From Escherichia coli (GTDB lineage Bacteria; Pseudomonadota; Gammaproteobacteria; Enterobacterales; Enterobacteriaceae), in assembly GCF_016026235.1 (NCBI RefSeq), contig NZ_CP065613.1: 64,000 nucleotides of DNA; one strand, written 5' to 3'. The stretch's first letter is position 1. Each line of letters starts with the position of its first letter. Below are positions 46,220 to 60,605 of the stretch, piece after piece. The position numbers were made by a program, and so were the translations under genes. The notes below the pieces were generated by a model, which did no database searches, was not told the origin of the DNA, and saw only the letters and a list, made by a program, of their open reading frames with translations.

Positions 46220-46930
46220 TTATTTACCGCTGGTCATTTTTTGGTGTTCGTCGAGGAATTCTTTCATCTCTTTCGGCGGCTGGTAACCCGGAACAAGTGT
46301 GCCATTGCTCAGCACAACTGCCGGAGTACCGCTAACGCCAAGCTGGACGCCAAGTGCGTAATGGTCGGCAATATCCACGTCGCAGCTGGCTGGTGCGACG
46401 CTTTTACCTGCCATCACATCATCAAACGCTTTGTTTTTATCTTTCGCACACCAGATAGCTTTCATTTCTTTCTCTGCATCGCTGTCCAGCCCCTGGCGCG
46501 GGAAAGCAAGATAACGCACGGTGATCCCCAGCGCGTTATAGTCTGCCATTTGCTCATGCAGTTTGTGGCAGTAACCACAGGTAATATCAGTAAACACGGT
46601 GATGACGTGTTTTTCCTGCGGCGCTTTATAAACGATCATCTCTTTTTCAAGCGCATTCAACTGCTTTAACAGCATCTTATTGGTGACATTGACCGGAGCC
46701 GTGCCGCTAACGTCATACATTGGCCCCTGAATGATATGTTTACCATCATCGGTGATGTACAACACGCCGCTGTTAGTCAGAACTGTCTTCATGCCAGCTA
46801 CGGGCGCGGGCTGAATATCGCTGCTTTTGATGCCCATTTTGGCTAACGTTTGTTGAATTGCCGCGTCATCAGCCTGAGCAAAACCTGAAAACGCTGCTAA
46901 CAAAGTAAACAACATAAAACCTTTCTTCAT
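46220..46930 (-). CDS. dsbC: thiol:disulfide interchange protein DsbC
   Basis: 236-aa ORF with signal peptide and CGYC active site. Confidence 0.95.
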   Translation of the reverse strand: MKKGFMLFTLLAAFSGFAQADDAAIQQTLAKMGIKSSDIQPAPVAGMKTVLTNSGVLYITDDGKHIIQGPMYDVSGTAPVNVTNKMLLKQLNALEKEMIVYKAPQEKHVITVFTDITCGYCHKLHEQMADYNALGITVRYLAFPRQGLDSDAEKEMKAIWCAKDKNKAFDDVMAGKSVAPASCDVDIADHYALGVQLGVSGTPAVVLSNGTLVPGYQPPKEMKEFLDEHQKMTSGK

Positions 46931-46954
46931 AAATCTTCCCGTTCTTTTCAGACA

Positions 46955-47851
46955 TCACGCCCGCGGGTGATGCTGTTGATGAAGTTGCCGCAGACGCTCG
47001 GTAGCGACATGCGTATAAATTTGCGTGGTGGAGAGATCGCTGTGGCCCAGTAGCATCTGCACCACGCGTAAATCCGCACCATGATTTAATAAATGAGTGG
47101 CAAAAGCGTGACGCAACACATGCGGTGACAGCTTTTCGCTGTCGATACCCGCCAGCACGGCATAATGTTTAATACGGTGCCAGAAGGTCTGTCGCGTCAT
47201 CTGCTGCGCACGCTGGCTGGGAAACAACACGTCAATTGACACACCATTCAGCAGCCACGGACGCCCATGTTCCAGATAGGTCTCCAACCAGTAAACCGCC
47301 TCTTCACCTAACGGCACCAGGCGCTCTTTGTTGCCTTTACCAATGACCCGCACTACGCCCTGACGCAGGCTGATATCACTCATTGTCAGTCCGACCAGTT
47401 CAGAGACACGCAGCCCGGTAGCATACAACACTTCAAGCATGGCTTTATCGCGTAGCTCCAGTGGCTGATCAATTAATGGTGCCTGTAATAAACGTTCAAC
47501 CTGCGCTTCGCTTAAATCTTTTGGCAAACGCTGGGGCAATTTCGGTGAAGCGAGATGCGCACTGGGATCGTCTTCACGAAACTTTTCGCGATAAAGATAC
47601 TGGAACAATCGGCGCACTGCACTCAGCAAACGCGCTGAGCTGGTGGCTTTATACCCGCCCTCCAGCCGTTCTGCCAGTAATGCCTGCAAATCGTCACTTT
47701 GCGCCGTCGCCAGCGTCAACCCGCGGTGATGCAACCACTCCACCATCATTGACAGATCGCGACGGTAAGCGTTCAACGTATTTTCAGCCAGATTTTTTTC
47801 CAGCCACAGAGCATCAAGAAACTGCTCGATGCGTGCCAGATCCTGTTTCAC
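46955..47851 (-). CDS. xerD: tyrosine recombinase XerD
   Basis: 298-aa ORF MKQDLARIEQFLDALWLEKNLAENTLNAYRRDL... with the conserved R-H-R-Y tyrosine recombinase residues. Confidence 0.95.
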   Translation of the reverse strand: MKQDLARIEQFLDALWLEKNLAENTLNAYRRDLSMMVEWLHHRGLTLATAQSDDLQALLAERLEGGYKATSSARLLSAVRRLFQYLYREKFREDDPSAHLASPKLPQRLPKDLSEAQVERLLQAPLIDQPLELRDKAMLEVLYATGLRVSELVGLTMSDISLRQGVVRVIGKGNKERLVPLGEEAVYWLETYLEHGRPWLLNGVSIDVLFPSQRAQQMTRQTFWHRIKHYAVLAGIDSEKLSPHVLRHAFATHLLNHGADLRVVQMLLGHSDLSTTQIYTHVATERLRQLHQQHHPRA

Positions 47852-47962
47852 TTGCGCCCCTTATGGTCACTCATTTGATCCATTATGCCTTATTGTGCCG
47901 TGACTAAAGCGATTCTGATACACTAGCTGCAAAAGCCACAGCAGAATCGAGAAGCTTACGTT

Positions 47963-48484
47963 ATGAATATGGGTCTTTTTTACGGTTCCAGCACCTGTTA
48001 CACCGAAATGGCGGCAGAAAAAATCCGCGATATTATCGGCCCAGAACTGGTGACCTTACATAACCTCAAGGACGACTCCCCGAAATTAATGGAGCAGTAC
48101 GATGTGCTCATTCTGGGTATCCCGACCTGGGATTTTGGTGAAATCCAGGAAGACTGGGAAGCCGTCTGGGATCAGCTCGACGACCTGAACCTTGAAGGTA
48201 AAATTGTTGCGCTGTATGGGCTTGGCGATCAACTGGGATACGGCGAGTGGTTCCTCGATGCGCTCGGTATGCTGCATGACAAACTCTCGACCAAAGGCGT
48301 GAAGTTCGTCGGCTACTGGCCAACGGAAGGATATGAATTTACCAGCCCGAAACCGGTGATTGCTGACGGGCAACTGTTCGTGGGTCTGGCGCTGGATGAA
48401 ACTAACCAGTATGACCTTAGCGACGAGCGTATTCAGAGCTGGTGCGAGCAAATCCTCAACGAAATGGCAGAGCATTACGCCTGA
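47963..48484 (+). CDS. fldB: flavodoxin 2 FldB
   Basis: 173-aa [38 protein letters not shown]... Confidence 0.93.
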
Positions 48485-48523
48485 TCTCACTGACGGCTTA
48501 GCGCATATGCTTTGCCGTCATCT

Positions 48524-49190
<667 letters not shown>

Positions 49191-49420
49191 TCACGAAAAT
49201 CCAGTACCAGGGTATTGTAACGTGTTTTTCGACTTCTTTTACGGGAATATCAGTAAACACAATCGCGATCGCGAAATTAATTCACAACAATTCAAGGGCT
49301 TCATTTTTTTGGAAGTCGCCTCGCAGAAGGCACAGATCGCGTAGTGAAAGCACTTGCATTGCCTCATAGCTCTTTTACCATTAGTTATTAATACGCCGTT
49401 AAGCAACTCAGGACTCTATT

Positions 49421-50401
49421 ATGGCTTTTACACCTTTTCCTCCACGTCAGCCTACGGCTTCTGCCCGTTTACCGCTGACGCTGATGACGCTTGATGACTG
49501 GGCGCTTGCCACCATTACTGGCGCGGACAGCGAAAAATATATGCAGGGCCAGGTGACAGCAGATGTCAGCCAGATGACAGAAAATCAGCACCTGCTCGCC
49601 GCCCATTGCGACGCCAAAGGTAAAATGTGGAGCAATTTACGTCTGTTCCGCGACGGCGATGGCTTTGCGTGGATTGAACGGCGCAGCGTGCGTGAATCGC
49701 AGCTGACTGAACTGAAAAAATATGCGGTGTTCTCTAAAGTGACCATCGCGCCAGACGACGAGCGTGTGCTGCTTGGTGTTGCCGGTTTTCAGGCGCGCGC
49801 CGCGCTGGCTAATCTCTTTAGTGAACTACCTTCGAGAGAAAAACAGGTAGTTAAAGAAGGCGCGACCACTTTGCTATGGTTTGAACACCCGGCAGAACGT
49901 TTCCTGATCGTAACCGATGAAGCTACTGCCAATATGCTGACCGATAAACTGCGCGGTGAAGCGGAACTGAACAATAGCCAACAGTGGCTGGCATTAAACA
50001 TTGAAGCGGGTTTCCCGGTGATTGATGCCGCCAACAGCGGGCAGTTTATTCCACAGGCGACCAATCTCCAGGCGCTGGGCGGTATCAGCTTTAAGAAAGG
50101 CTGCTATACCGGACAAGAGATGGTGGCGCGAGCAAAATTCCGTGGTGCCAACAAACGCGCGCTCTGGTTGCTGACAGGTAGTGCCAGCCGACTGCCGGAA
50201 GCTGGTGAAGACTTAGAGCTGAAAATGGGCGAGAACTGGCGTCGTACCGGTACGGTGCTGGCTGCGGTAAAACTGGAAGATGGTCAGGCCGTGGTACAGG
50301 TCGTCATGAATAACGATATGGAACCGGACAGCATCTTCCGCGTGCGTGACGATGCGAATACACTGCATATCGAACCGCTGCCGTATTCGCTCGAAGAGTA
50401 A
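49421..50401 (+). CDS. ygfZ: tRNA-modifying folate-binding protein YgfZ
   Basis: 326-aa [52 protein letters not shown]... Confidence 0.92.
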   Translation: MAFTPFPPRQPTASARLPLTLMTLDDWALATITGADSEKYMQGQVTADVSQMTENQHLLAAHCDAKGKMWSNLRLFRDGDGFAWIERRSVRESQLTELKKYAVFSKVTIAPDDERVLLGVAGFQARAALANLFSELPSREKQVVKEGATTLLWFEHPAERFLIVTDEATANMLTDKLRGEAELNNSQQWLALNIEAGFPVIDAANSGQFIPQATNLQALGGISFKKGCYTGQEMVARAKFRGANKRALWLLTGSASRLPEAGEDLELKMGENWRRTGTVLAAVKLEDGQAVVQVVMNNDMEPDSIFRVRDDANTLHIEPLPYSLEE

Positions 50402-50410
50402 ATCTCTGTA

Positions 50411-50465
50411 TCGCATCAGGCATTTATCGCCTGATGCGACGCTGGCGCGTCTTATCAGGCCTACA
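50411..50465. repeat. REP-type palindromic elements after ygfZ
   Basis: TCGCATCAGGCATTTATCGCCTGATGCGA followed by CGCTGGCGCGTCTTATCAGGCCTAC. Confidence 0.7.
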
Positions 50466-50477
50466 AAGGCATACCCA

Positions 50478-51140
<663 letters not shown>

Positions 51141-51300
51141 TTACTCCGGAGAAACGTACACGCACATGTATACCTCTCCAGCGTAACTGAGAATAGTTCC
51201 AGTGAACACCTGTTAGCTAAAATAAATTCTGATTTGAGACTAATCTCCTAAAAATCATGAAATTAAATGCGAAATTTCAACTAACAGGCGTGAGTTCAAT

Positions 51301-51612
51301 TTAAAGACATTTAAATTCAATCACATAAAACTGTGTCTGACCGGGATAGATGTCGGCAATGACCTTTTTCAGTTCAGTCAGGGTCATATTTTCCTGCTCT
51401 GCATGTTTTTCCGTCAGCGTATCCAGCGTTACGGTTGAGGTTGCGGTGACTTCAATCGTGCAAAAATAACCGTCATCTTCAAAACGCCCGACACAAAGCA
51501 CATCACCCGTTTTGAAGTGCGATTCAGACTCGTCGCGGATGGTGATGGTTTTACGCCCAGCCAGAATGTCATCCTGGAAACGTTGAAAAAAAGTGATGTC
51601 GTTTGGCTGCAT
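51301..51612 (-). CDS. yqfB: ASCH-domain protein YqfB
   Basis: 103-aa [36 protein letters not shown]... Confidence 0.88.
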   Translation of the reverse strand: MQPNDITFFQRFQDDILAGRKTITIRDESESHFKTGDVLCVGRFEDDGYFCTIEVTATSTVTLDTLTEKHAEQENMTLTELKKVIADIYPGQTQFYVIEFKCL

Positions 51613-51629
51613 GGTACTATTTCCTGTAA

Positions 51630-53090
<1,461 letters not shown>

Positions 53091-53211
53091 TTAGCCGATG
53101 TGCCTGATGCGATACGCTCATCAGGCCTGGCACTCTTTTAATATATTGAGCTCGCAAGATTTTATATTACGCCTCAGCCGAAACACACAAAGCGCACTTT
53201 ATTAACAAGCT

Positions 53212-53236
53212 AAAAAGGCGCCGAAGCGCCTTTAGA
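53212..53236. terminator. bidirectional terminator hairpin between convergent bglA and gcvP
   Basis: AAAAAGGCGCCGAAGCGCCTTT palindrome flanked by A-run and T-run; REP-like sequence lies just upstream at about 53097-53130. Confidence 0.7.
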
Positions 53237-53255
53237 AGATAGTCGAATCAGTGAA

Positions 53256-56129
53256 TTACTGGTATTCGCTAATCGGTACGCAGGAGCAGAACAGGTTACG
53301 GTCGCCGTAAACATCATCCAGACGTTTCACTGTCGGCCAGTATTTGTCTGCCACGCCTGCCGGGAATACCGCAACTTCACGGCTGTACGGATGCGCCCAC
53401 TCGGCGACCAGTTCGTTCTGAATGTGCGGCGCGTTCACCAGCGGGTTATCTTCCAGCGGCCAGACACCGGCTTTAACCTGGTCGATTTCTGCGCGGATAG
53501 CCAGCATCGCGTCGATAAAGCGATCCAGTTCCACTTTGCTTTCAGATTCAGTCGGTTCAACCATCAGCGTACCCGCCACCGGGAACGACATCGTCGGCGC
53601 GTGGAAACCGTAGTCGATCAGGCGCTTGGCAATATCCAGCTCGCTGATGCCGGTTTCTTCTTTCAGCGGGCGAATATCGAGAATACATTCGTGCGCCACG
53701 CGACCGTCGCGACCGGTATACAGCACCGGGAAGGCATCCTGCAGGCGGCTGGCAATATAGTTGGCGTTGAGGATTGCCACCTGGCTTGCTTTTTTCAGCC
53801 CTTCTGCGCCCATCATGCGGATGTACATCCAGCTGATTGGCAGGATAGAGGCGCTACCGAACGGTGCCGCAGAAACTGCGCCCTGACGGGTTAACATGCC
53901 TTCGATTTGCACCACGCTATGACCCGGTACAAACGGTGCCAGATGCGCTTTCACACCGATCGGTCCCATACCCGGACCACCACCGCCGTGCGGAATGCAG
54001 AAAGTTTTATGCAGGTTGAGGTGCGAAACGTCCGCGCCAATAAAGCCCGGCGAGGTGATGCCAACCTGGGCGTTCATGTTCGCGCCATCAAGGTAAACCT
54101 GACCGCCGAACTGATGCACGACTTCACACACTTCACGGATCGTTTCTTCATACACGCCGTGGGTAGAAGGATAAGTCACCATGATACAGGAGAGGTTATC
54201 GCCCGCCTGTTCCGCTTTCGCGCGCAGATCAGTCAGATCGATGTTGCCGTTTTTATCACACGCCACAACCACCACCTGCATTCCTGCCATATGTGCAGAA
54301 GCGGGGTTAGTTCCGTGCGCAGAAGCCGGGATCAGGCAGATATCGCGATGCCCTTCGTTGCGGCTTTCATGATAATGACGAATCGCCAGCAGGCCCGCGT
54401 ATTCGCCCTGTGCGCCGGAGTTCGGCTGCATACAAACGGCGTCGTAACCGGTCAGTTTCACCAGCCAGTCAGCCAGCTGCGCAATCATCTGCTGATAACC
54501 TTCAGCCTGTTCCGGCGGACAAAACGGGTGCAGTTCGGCAAATTCCGGCCAGGTGATTGGGATCATCTCGGCGGCGGCGTTCAGTTTCATGGTGCAGGAA
54601 CCCAGCGGGATCATCGCCTGATTCAGCGCCAGATCTTTACGCTCCAGCGAGTGCATATAGCGCATCATTTCGGTTTCGCTGTGGTAGCGATTAAACACCG
54701 GATGGGTGAGGATTTCGTCGTCGCGCAGCATCGCAGGCTGGATAGAGCGGCTGTCGTGAGCCACGTCTTTGTCCAGCGTGTCGATGTCCAGGCCGTGGTT
54801 ATCGCCCAGCAGCACGTTGAAAAGCTGCATTACGTTTTCACGCGTGGTTGTTTCATCAAGGGTGATCCCAACCGCGTTCAGAATATCGCTACGCAGGTTG
54901 ATTTCAGCCGCTTCGGCACGCGTCAGTACGCCCGCTTTGTCGGCCACTTCCACACACAAGGTGTCGAAATAGTGCGCATGGCGCAGTTTCAGACCTTTTT
55001 GTTGCAGGCCCGCCGCCAGGATATCGGTCAGACGGTGAATGCGGTTAGCGATACGTTTCAGGCCAACCGGGCCGTGATAAACGGCATACAGGCTGGCGAT
55101 GTTTGCCAGCAGTACCTGGGAAGTACAAATGTTGGAGTTCGCTTTCTCACGGCGGATATGTTGCTCGCGAGTCTGCATCGCCATGCGCAGCGCGGTATTG
55201 CCAGCTGCATCTTTCGATACACCGATAATACGGCCCGGCATTGAGCGTTTGTATTCATCTTTCGCCGCAAAGAATGCCGCGTGTGGGCCACCGTAGCCCA
55301 TCGGCACGCCGAAGCGTTGCGCCGAACCAAAAACAATATCCGCGCCCTGTTTACCCGGCGCAGTTAACAGCACCAGCGCCATAATATCGGCGGCAACGCT
55401 GACCACAATTTTGCGTGATTTCAGTTCGCTAATAAGCGCAGTGTAGTCGTGAATTTCACCGGTAGTGCCTACCTGCTGTAACAGCACGCCGAAGACGTCC
55501 TGATGGTCGAGCACTTTTTGCGCGTCATCGACAATCACTTCAAAACCAAAGGTTTCGGCACGAGTACGGACCACATCCAGCGTTTGCGGATGCACATCGG
55601 AAGCCACGAAGAAGCGGTTGGCATTTTTCAGTTTGCTGACGCGTTTCGCCATCGCCATTGCTTCGGCGGCAGCGGTGGCCTCGTCCAGAAGAGAAGCAGA
55701 GGCCATATCCAGTCCAGTCAAATCCAGCGTTACCTGCTGGAAGTTGAGCAGTGCTTCAAGGCGGCCCTGGGAGACTTCAGGTTGATACGGAGTGTACGCG
55801 GTATACCAGCCCGGATTTTCCAGCATGTTACGCAGGATAACCGGCGGTAGCTGCACGGCGGTGTAACCCATGCCGATGTAAGACGTGAAGCGTTTATTGC
55901 GACTGGCAATAGCCTTGAGTTCTGCCAGTGCGGCGTATTCGGTCGCCGGTGCGCCAACCTGCGGCGGGGTCGCAAGCTGAATATCTTTCGGTACAATCTG
56001 GCCGGTCAGCGCGTTTAACGATTGTGCGCCAACGGCATTCAGCATTTCTTGCTGTTGCGCGGCGTCCGGTCCGATATGGCGTTCAATAAAAGCGCCGCTG
56101 TTTTCAAGCTGGCTTAACGTCTGTGTCAT
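53256..56129 (-). CDS. gcvP: glycine dehydrogenase (decarboxylating), glycine cleavage P protein
   Basis: 957-aa [41 protein letters not shown]... Confidence 0.97.
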   Translation of the reverse strand: MTQTLSQLENSGAFIERHIGPDAAQQQEMLNAVGAQSLNALTGQIVPKDIQLATPPQVGAPATEYAALAELKAIASRNKRFTSYIGMGYTAVQLPPVILRNMLENPGWYTAYTPYQPEVSQGRLEALLNFQQVTLDLTGLDMASASLLDEATAAAEAMAMAKRVSKLKNANRFFVASDVHPQTLDVVRTRAETFGFEVIVDDAQKVLDHQDVFGVLLQQVGTTGEIHDYTALISELKSRKIVVSVAADIMALVLLTAPGKQGADIVFGSAQRFGVPMGYGGPHAAFFAAKDEYKRSMPGRIIGVSKDAAGNTALRMAMQTREQHIRREKANSNICTSQVLLANIASLYAVYHGPVGLKRIANRIHRLTDILAAGLQQKGLKLRHAHYFDTLCVEVADKAGVLTRAEAAEINLRSDILNAVGITLDETTTRENVMQLFNVLLGDNHGLDIDTLDKDVAHDSRSIQPAMLRDDEILTHPVFNRYHSETEMMRYMHSLERKDLALNQAMIPLGSCTMKLNAAAEMIPITWPEFAELHPFCPPEQAEGYQQMIAQLADWLVKLTGYDAVCMQPNSGAQGEYAGLLAIRHYHESRNEGHRDICLIPASAHGTNPASAHMAGMQVVVVACDKNGNIDLTDLRAKAEQAGDNLSCIMVTYPSTHGVYEETIREVCEVVHQFGGQVYLDGANMNAQVGITSPGFIGADVSHLNLHKTFCIPHGGGGPGMGPIGVKAHLAPFVPGHSVVQIEGMLTRQGAVSAAPFGSASILPISWMYIRMMGAEGLKKASQVAILNANYIASRLQDAFPVLYTGRDGRVAHECILDIRPLKEETGISELDIAKRLIDYGFHAPTMSFPVAGTLMVEPTESESKVELDRFIDAMLAIRAEIDQVKAGVWPLEDNPLVNAPHIQNELVAEWAHPYSREVAVFPAGVADKYWPTVKRLDDVYGDRNLFCSCVPISEYQ

Positions 56130-56247
56130 GAGCGATGGTTCCTGAAACGTGCAGTGAATTGTGAACCTCTCTCCTTACGAAGAGAGTGAGGGTGAGGCAT
56201 AAATTTTCCTCACCCTGATCCTCTCCCGCAGAAGAGGAATAAAGCCG

Positions 56248-56637
56248 TTACTCGTCTTCTAACAATGCTTCGTATGCGGTCGCATCCAGCAGTGATTCCA
56301 GTTCGCTTTCATCGCTGGCTTTGATTTTAAAGATCCAGCCACCTGCATACGGTTCGCTGTTCACCAGTTCCGGGGAATCGCTCAGTGCGTCGTTTACCGC
56401 CACGATTTCACCGCTTACTGGCGCATAAATGTCTGACGCCGCTTTTACTGATTCGGCAACCGCGCAGTCATCGCCCGCGCTAACCGTTGCGCCCACTTCC
56501 GGCAGGTCAACAAACACCATATCGCCTAACAGCTCCTGAGCATGTTCGGTAATACCAACGGTGTAAGTGCCGTCGGCTTCTTTACGCAGCCATTCGTGTT
56601 CTTTGCTGTATTTCAGTTCTGCTGGTACGTTGCTCAT
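56248..56637 (-). CDS. gcvH: glycine cleavage system H protein (lipoyl carrier)
   Basis: 129 aa from [34 protein letters not shown]... Confidence 0.96.
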
Positions 56638-56660
56638 CAATCAATCTCCAAAAAAGTAAA

Positions 56661-57755
56661 TCACGCGACGGCTTTGCCGTTACGCACAAAAACAGGTTTT
56701 GTCACTTTAACCGGCATTTCACGGTTGCGAATTTGCACAATCGCCGTTTCGCCAATACCTTCCGGCACGCGCGCCAGCGCAATGCTGTAACCCAGCGTCG
56801 GGGAGAAAGTACCGCTGGTGATAATGCCTTCATGCTGGTTGCCCTGCGCATCGGTAAAGCGTACCGGCAGTTCATTACGCAGCACGCCTTTTTCGGTCAT
56901 CACCAGACCAACCAGTTTTTCTGTACCATGCTCACGCTGCACTTCCAGGGCTTCACGACCGATAAAGTCACGATCTGCCGGTTCCCAGGCGATAGTCCAG
57001 CCCATGTTGGCGGCTAAAGGAGAAATAGTTTCGTCCATCTCCTGACCATAAAGATTCATGCCCGCTTCCAGACGCAGCGTGTCACGCGCGCCCAAGCCAC
57101 ATGGCTTAACACCCGCTTCCACCAGCGCACGCCAGAAATCGGCCGCTTTTTCATTGGGCAGCGCAATTTCATAGCCCGCTTCACCGGTATAACCAGTGGT
57201 GGCAATAAACAGATCGCCCGCCTGCACGCCAAAGAACGGTTTCATCCCTTCCACCGCCTGACGCTGGGCGTCATTAAACAGTGTGGCAGCTTTTGCCTGC
57301 GCATTCGGCCCTTGCACGGCAATCATGGAAAGGTCATCACGAACGGTAATTTCGATGCCGAAAGGTTCAGCGTGTTGGGTAATCCAGGAGAGGTCTTTTT
57401 CGCGGGTGGCGGAGTTAACAACGAGGCGGAAGAAATCTTCAGTAAAGTAGTAGACGATGAGGTCATCTATCACACCGCCAGAGGCATTCAACATCCCCGA
57501 GTAAAGGGCTTTGCCGCTTTTGGTGAGCTTCGCCACATCGTTCGCCAGCAGATAACGCAGAAACTCCCGGGTGCGGCTGCCGCGAAGATCGACGATGGTC
57601 ATATGTGACACATCAAACATTCCGGCATCGGTACGTACCGCATGATGTTCGTCGATTTGCGAACCGTAATGCAGCGGCATCATCCAGCCGTGGAAATCCA
57701 CCATGCGAGCGCCGCAAAGCGTGTGTTGTTCGTACAAAGGAGTCTGTTGTGCCAT
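56661..57755 (-). CDS. gcvT: aminomethyltransferase, glycine cleavage T protein
   Basis: 364 aa from [38 protein letters not shown]...; the longer 418-aa ORF is an upstream in-frame extension. Confidence 0.95.
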
Positions 57756-58201
57756 CTTGTCCTCATTGAATAAGCGGGGCTGACAACTTTTCATGGTGAA
57801 ATTATCACCACGAAACCCAGCATCGGAGCCACTCCCGGTCCCCAACGCAATCGTTCTCTTTTGCCTGAACTTACCACCGAAACAGACTGTTAACCATAAG
57901 GTAAAATTGATCATCACATTAGCTTATGGTTAAAAAATGCAAAAATCGCGACAGAATAAAAAACCAAAAAACACACCAGTTTCTATACAAAGATGATGTG
58001 ATGAGAAAGTCAATTTGAATAAGACAATATTAAGAGCTAAAAAAATGTCAAAAAACACTAAATCAAAAAATCATGGCATTAGAAAATATAATGCGAAAAC
58101 GGAGGTGAAATTAGTTTATTTCAAATGAGGAAAATCTCCCGGCGAAAAAACCGGGAGATGAAAGTGTGATGGGTATCAAATAAACAGCAGAAGAGAAATT
58201 T
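57756..58201 (-). promoter_or_regulatory. gcvTHP promoter/regulatory region
   Basis: About 450-bp AT-rich non-coding region upstream of gcvT with no supportable ORF; in E. coli this region carries the gcv promoter and GcvA/Lrp/PurR/CRP sites (from memory; individual sites not mapped). Confidence 0.5.
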
Positions 58202-59404
58202 TTAGCGCAGCCATTCAGGCAAATCGTTTAATCCCATTGCCTGGCGGATAAGTTGTGGTTTAACGCCAGGAAGCGTGTCGGCCAGTTTCAAACCAATATC
58301 ACGCAGCAGTTTTTTCGCCGGATTGGTACCGGAAAACAGATCGCGGAATCCCTGCATACCAGCCAGCATCAGCGCCGCACTGTGCTTGCGGCTACGCTCA
58401 TACCGGCGCAGGTAAATGTACTGCCCGATGTCTTTCCCCTGACGATGCAACCGTTTCAGTTCAGCAATCAGCTCTGCAGCATCCATAAAGCCGAGATTTA
58501 CTCCCTGCCCCGCTAGCGGGTGAATGGTATGCGCGGCGTCGCCCACCAGCACCAGACGGTGCGCGGCAAACTGGCGCGCATAACGCCCCGTCAGTGGGAA
58601 CACCTGACGCGCGCTCTCAACCTTGCATAAGCCCAGGCGATTATCAAAAGCGATATTTAACGCGCGATTAAATTCATCTTCACTTGCCTGCTGCATCCGC
58701 TGCGCTTCCTCTGGCGACAGTGACCAGACAATTGAGCAAAGATGCGGATCGCTAAGCGGTAAAAAGGCCAGAATGCCTTCGCCATGGAAAACCTGCCGCG
58801 CCACCGCATCATGCGGTTCTTCCGTGCGAATGGTCGCTACCAGCGCGTGATGCTGATAATCCCAGAAAGTCAGCGGAATATCTGCTTTGTTGCGCAACCA
58901 GGAATTAGCACCGTCCGCGCCAATCACCAGACGCGCCGTTAACATGCTGCCATCTTTCAGCGTCAGGAAAGTTTCATTTTCTCCCCAGGCGACCTGCTGT
59001 AATTCTGCGGGGGCCAACAGAGTGATATCTGACGACTGCTGCGCTTTGTTCCACAGCGCGTAGTGAATCACTGAGTTTTCAACGATATGCCCAAGATGGC
59101 TATAGCCCATGCTTTGATCGTCAAACGAAATGTGACCAAAACTGTCTTTGTCCCACACTTCCATACCGTGATAACAACTGGCCCTACGAGAGAGAATGTC
59201 CTGCCAGACGCCAAGACGGGTGAGTAATTTTTCGCTGGCGGCATTGATAGCCGAAACGCGCAGTTGTGGTGGTGCATCCGCCGCCAGAGGTTCCGGTACG
59301 CGCTGCTCCAGTACGGCAACGCGTAAGCCGCTCCCCTGTAAGCCGCAGGCAACCGCCAGCCCCACCATGCCGCCACCAACAATGGCTACATCAACACTTT
59401 GCAT
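58202..59404 (-). CDS. ubiI: FAD-dependent 2-octaprenylphenol hydroxylase UbiI (VisC)
   Basis: 400-aa ORF MQSVDVAIVGGGMVGLAVACGLQGSGLRVAVLEQ... Confidence 0.93.
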   Translation of the reverse strand: MQSVDVAIVGGGMVGLAVACGLQGSGLRVAVLEQRVPEPLAADAPPQLRVSAINAASEKLLTRLGVWQDILSRRASCYHGMEVWDKDSFGHISFDDQSMGYSHLGHIVENSVIHYALWNKAQQSSDITLLAPAELQQVAWGENETFLTLKDGSMLTARLVIGADGANSWLRNKADIPLTFWDYQHHALVATIRTEEPHDAVARQVFHGEGILAFLPLSDPHLCSIVWSLSPEEAQRMQQASEDEFNRALNIAFDNRLGLCKVESARQVFPLTGRYARQFAAHRLVLVGDAAHTIHPLAGQGVNLGFMDAAELIAELKRLHRQGKDIGQYIYLRRYERSRKHSAALMLAGMQGFRDLFSGTNPAKKLLRDIGLKLADTLPGVKPQLIRQAMGLNDLPEWLR

Positions 59405-59426
59405 TGTTTATTCCTTAAAACCGCCT

Positions 59427-60605
59427 TCAACGCGCCACCCAACCGAGGGTGCGCTGCGCCAGCACATCGCGTGCCGGGGTGAATAATTCCATCGTCATCA
59501 GTCCGATGTTGCGCCCGACAACCAGCGGTGCCCAACGGTTGGCAAAAAGATGTACCAGGCTGTCCGTGACGCCGATGGTTGCTTCGCGATCGCTCTGTCG
59601 ACGCTGCTGATAGCGGCACAATATGCCGTAATCACCGATGTCTTCTCCGCGCTCATGCGCCTGAGTCAGGGTTTCCGCAAGGCTCATGACATCTCGCATA
59701 CCGAGGTTAAACCCTTGCCCGGCAATCGGGTGCAGAGTTTGCGCCGCATTGCCCACCAGCACGGTACGATGGGTAATAGCTCTGGCGGCGCGGGTTAACG
59801 CCAGCGGATAAGCACTGCGTTTACCGGCGTGGGTAATTTTTCCAAGTCGCCAGCCAAAGGCCGACTGGAGTTCACGGCAAAACTTCTCGTCGCTCCACGA
59901 CAGCACCTCTTCGCGCCGTTCCAGTGGATGACACCAGACCAGCGAACAGCGTCCGTCAGACATCGGCAACATCGCCAGCGGGCCATGTTGCGTGAAGCGT
60001 TCAAAAGCGCGGCCTTCGTGCGCAACGGAAGTCGCAACGTTGGCAATCACGGCCAGTTGTTCGTAAGGCTCCTGCTGCCAGTCAACGCCGCACGCGGTGG
60101 CTAACGCTGAATGGGTGCCATCAGCTGCTACCAGCACGCGGCCCGTCAGCGTCTCGCCACTCTCCAGCGTCACTTCAACGTGACTCTGAGTACGGGCAAC
60201 GTTAGCTACGCGATCGGGGCAATGCAGCGTTACGCCAGGTGCTTTACGCAGCAATGCAAACAGCCGTTGCCCGACATTGTGCAATTCGACAACCTGTCCC
60301 AGCGCCGCCAGTTGGTAATCTTCTGCGGCGAGGGTGACAAATCCAGCGTGACCACGATCGCTGACATGCACGGTGGTGATGGCAGTTGCGCAATCCGCCA
60401 GAGATTGCCAGACGCCGATGCGCGCCAGTTGCTGACAGGTACCCGCCGCCAGCGCTATCGCTCGTCCATCAAAGCCCGGATGAGCATGTGACTCTGGCGC
60501 AGTCGCTTCAATCAAATGTACCGGCAGCGCCCCGTGACTTAACCGGGAAATAGCCAGCGCCAGCGTCGCGCCCGCCATGCCGCCACCGACGATGATTACG
60601 CTCAT
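59427..60605 (-). CDS. ubiH: 2-octaprenyl-6-methoxyphenol hydroxylase UbiH (VisB)
   Basis: 392-aa ORF MSVIIVGGGMAGATLALAISRLSHGALPVHLIEA... Confidence 0.93.
   Translation of the reverse strand: MSVIIVGGGMAGATLALAISRLSHGALPVHLIEATAPESHAHPGFDGRAIALAAGTCQQLARIGVWQSLADCATAITTVHVSDRGHAGFVTLAAEDYQLAALGQVVELHNVGQRLFALLRKAPGVTLHCPDRVANVARTQSHVEVTLESGETLTGRVLVAADGTHSALATACGVDWQQEPYEQLAVIANVATSVAHEGRAFERFTQHGPLAMLPMSDGRCSLVWCHPLERREEVLSWSDEKFCRELQSAFGWRLGKITHAGKRSAYPLALTRAARAITHRTVLVGNAAQTLHPIAGQGFNLGMRDVMSLAETLTQAHERGEDIGDYGILCRYQQRRQSDREATIGVTDSLVHLFANRWAPLVVGRNIGLMTMELFTPARDVLAQRTLGWVAR

Noticed and set aside
53907-55244. 445-aa ORF on the + strand opposite gcvP
   Set aside because: Antisense to the conserved glycine dehydrogenase gene; no supporting features.
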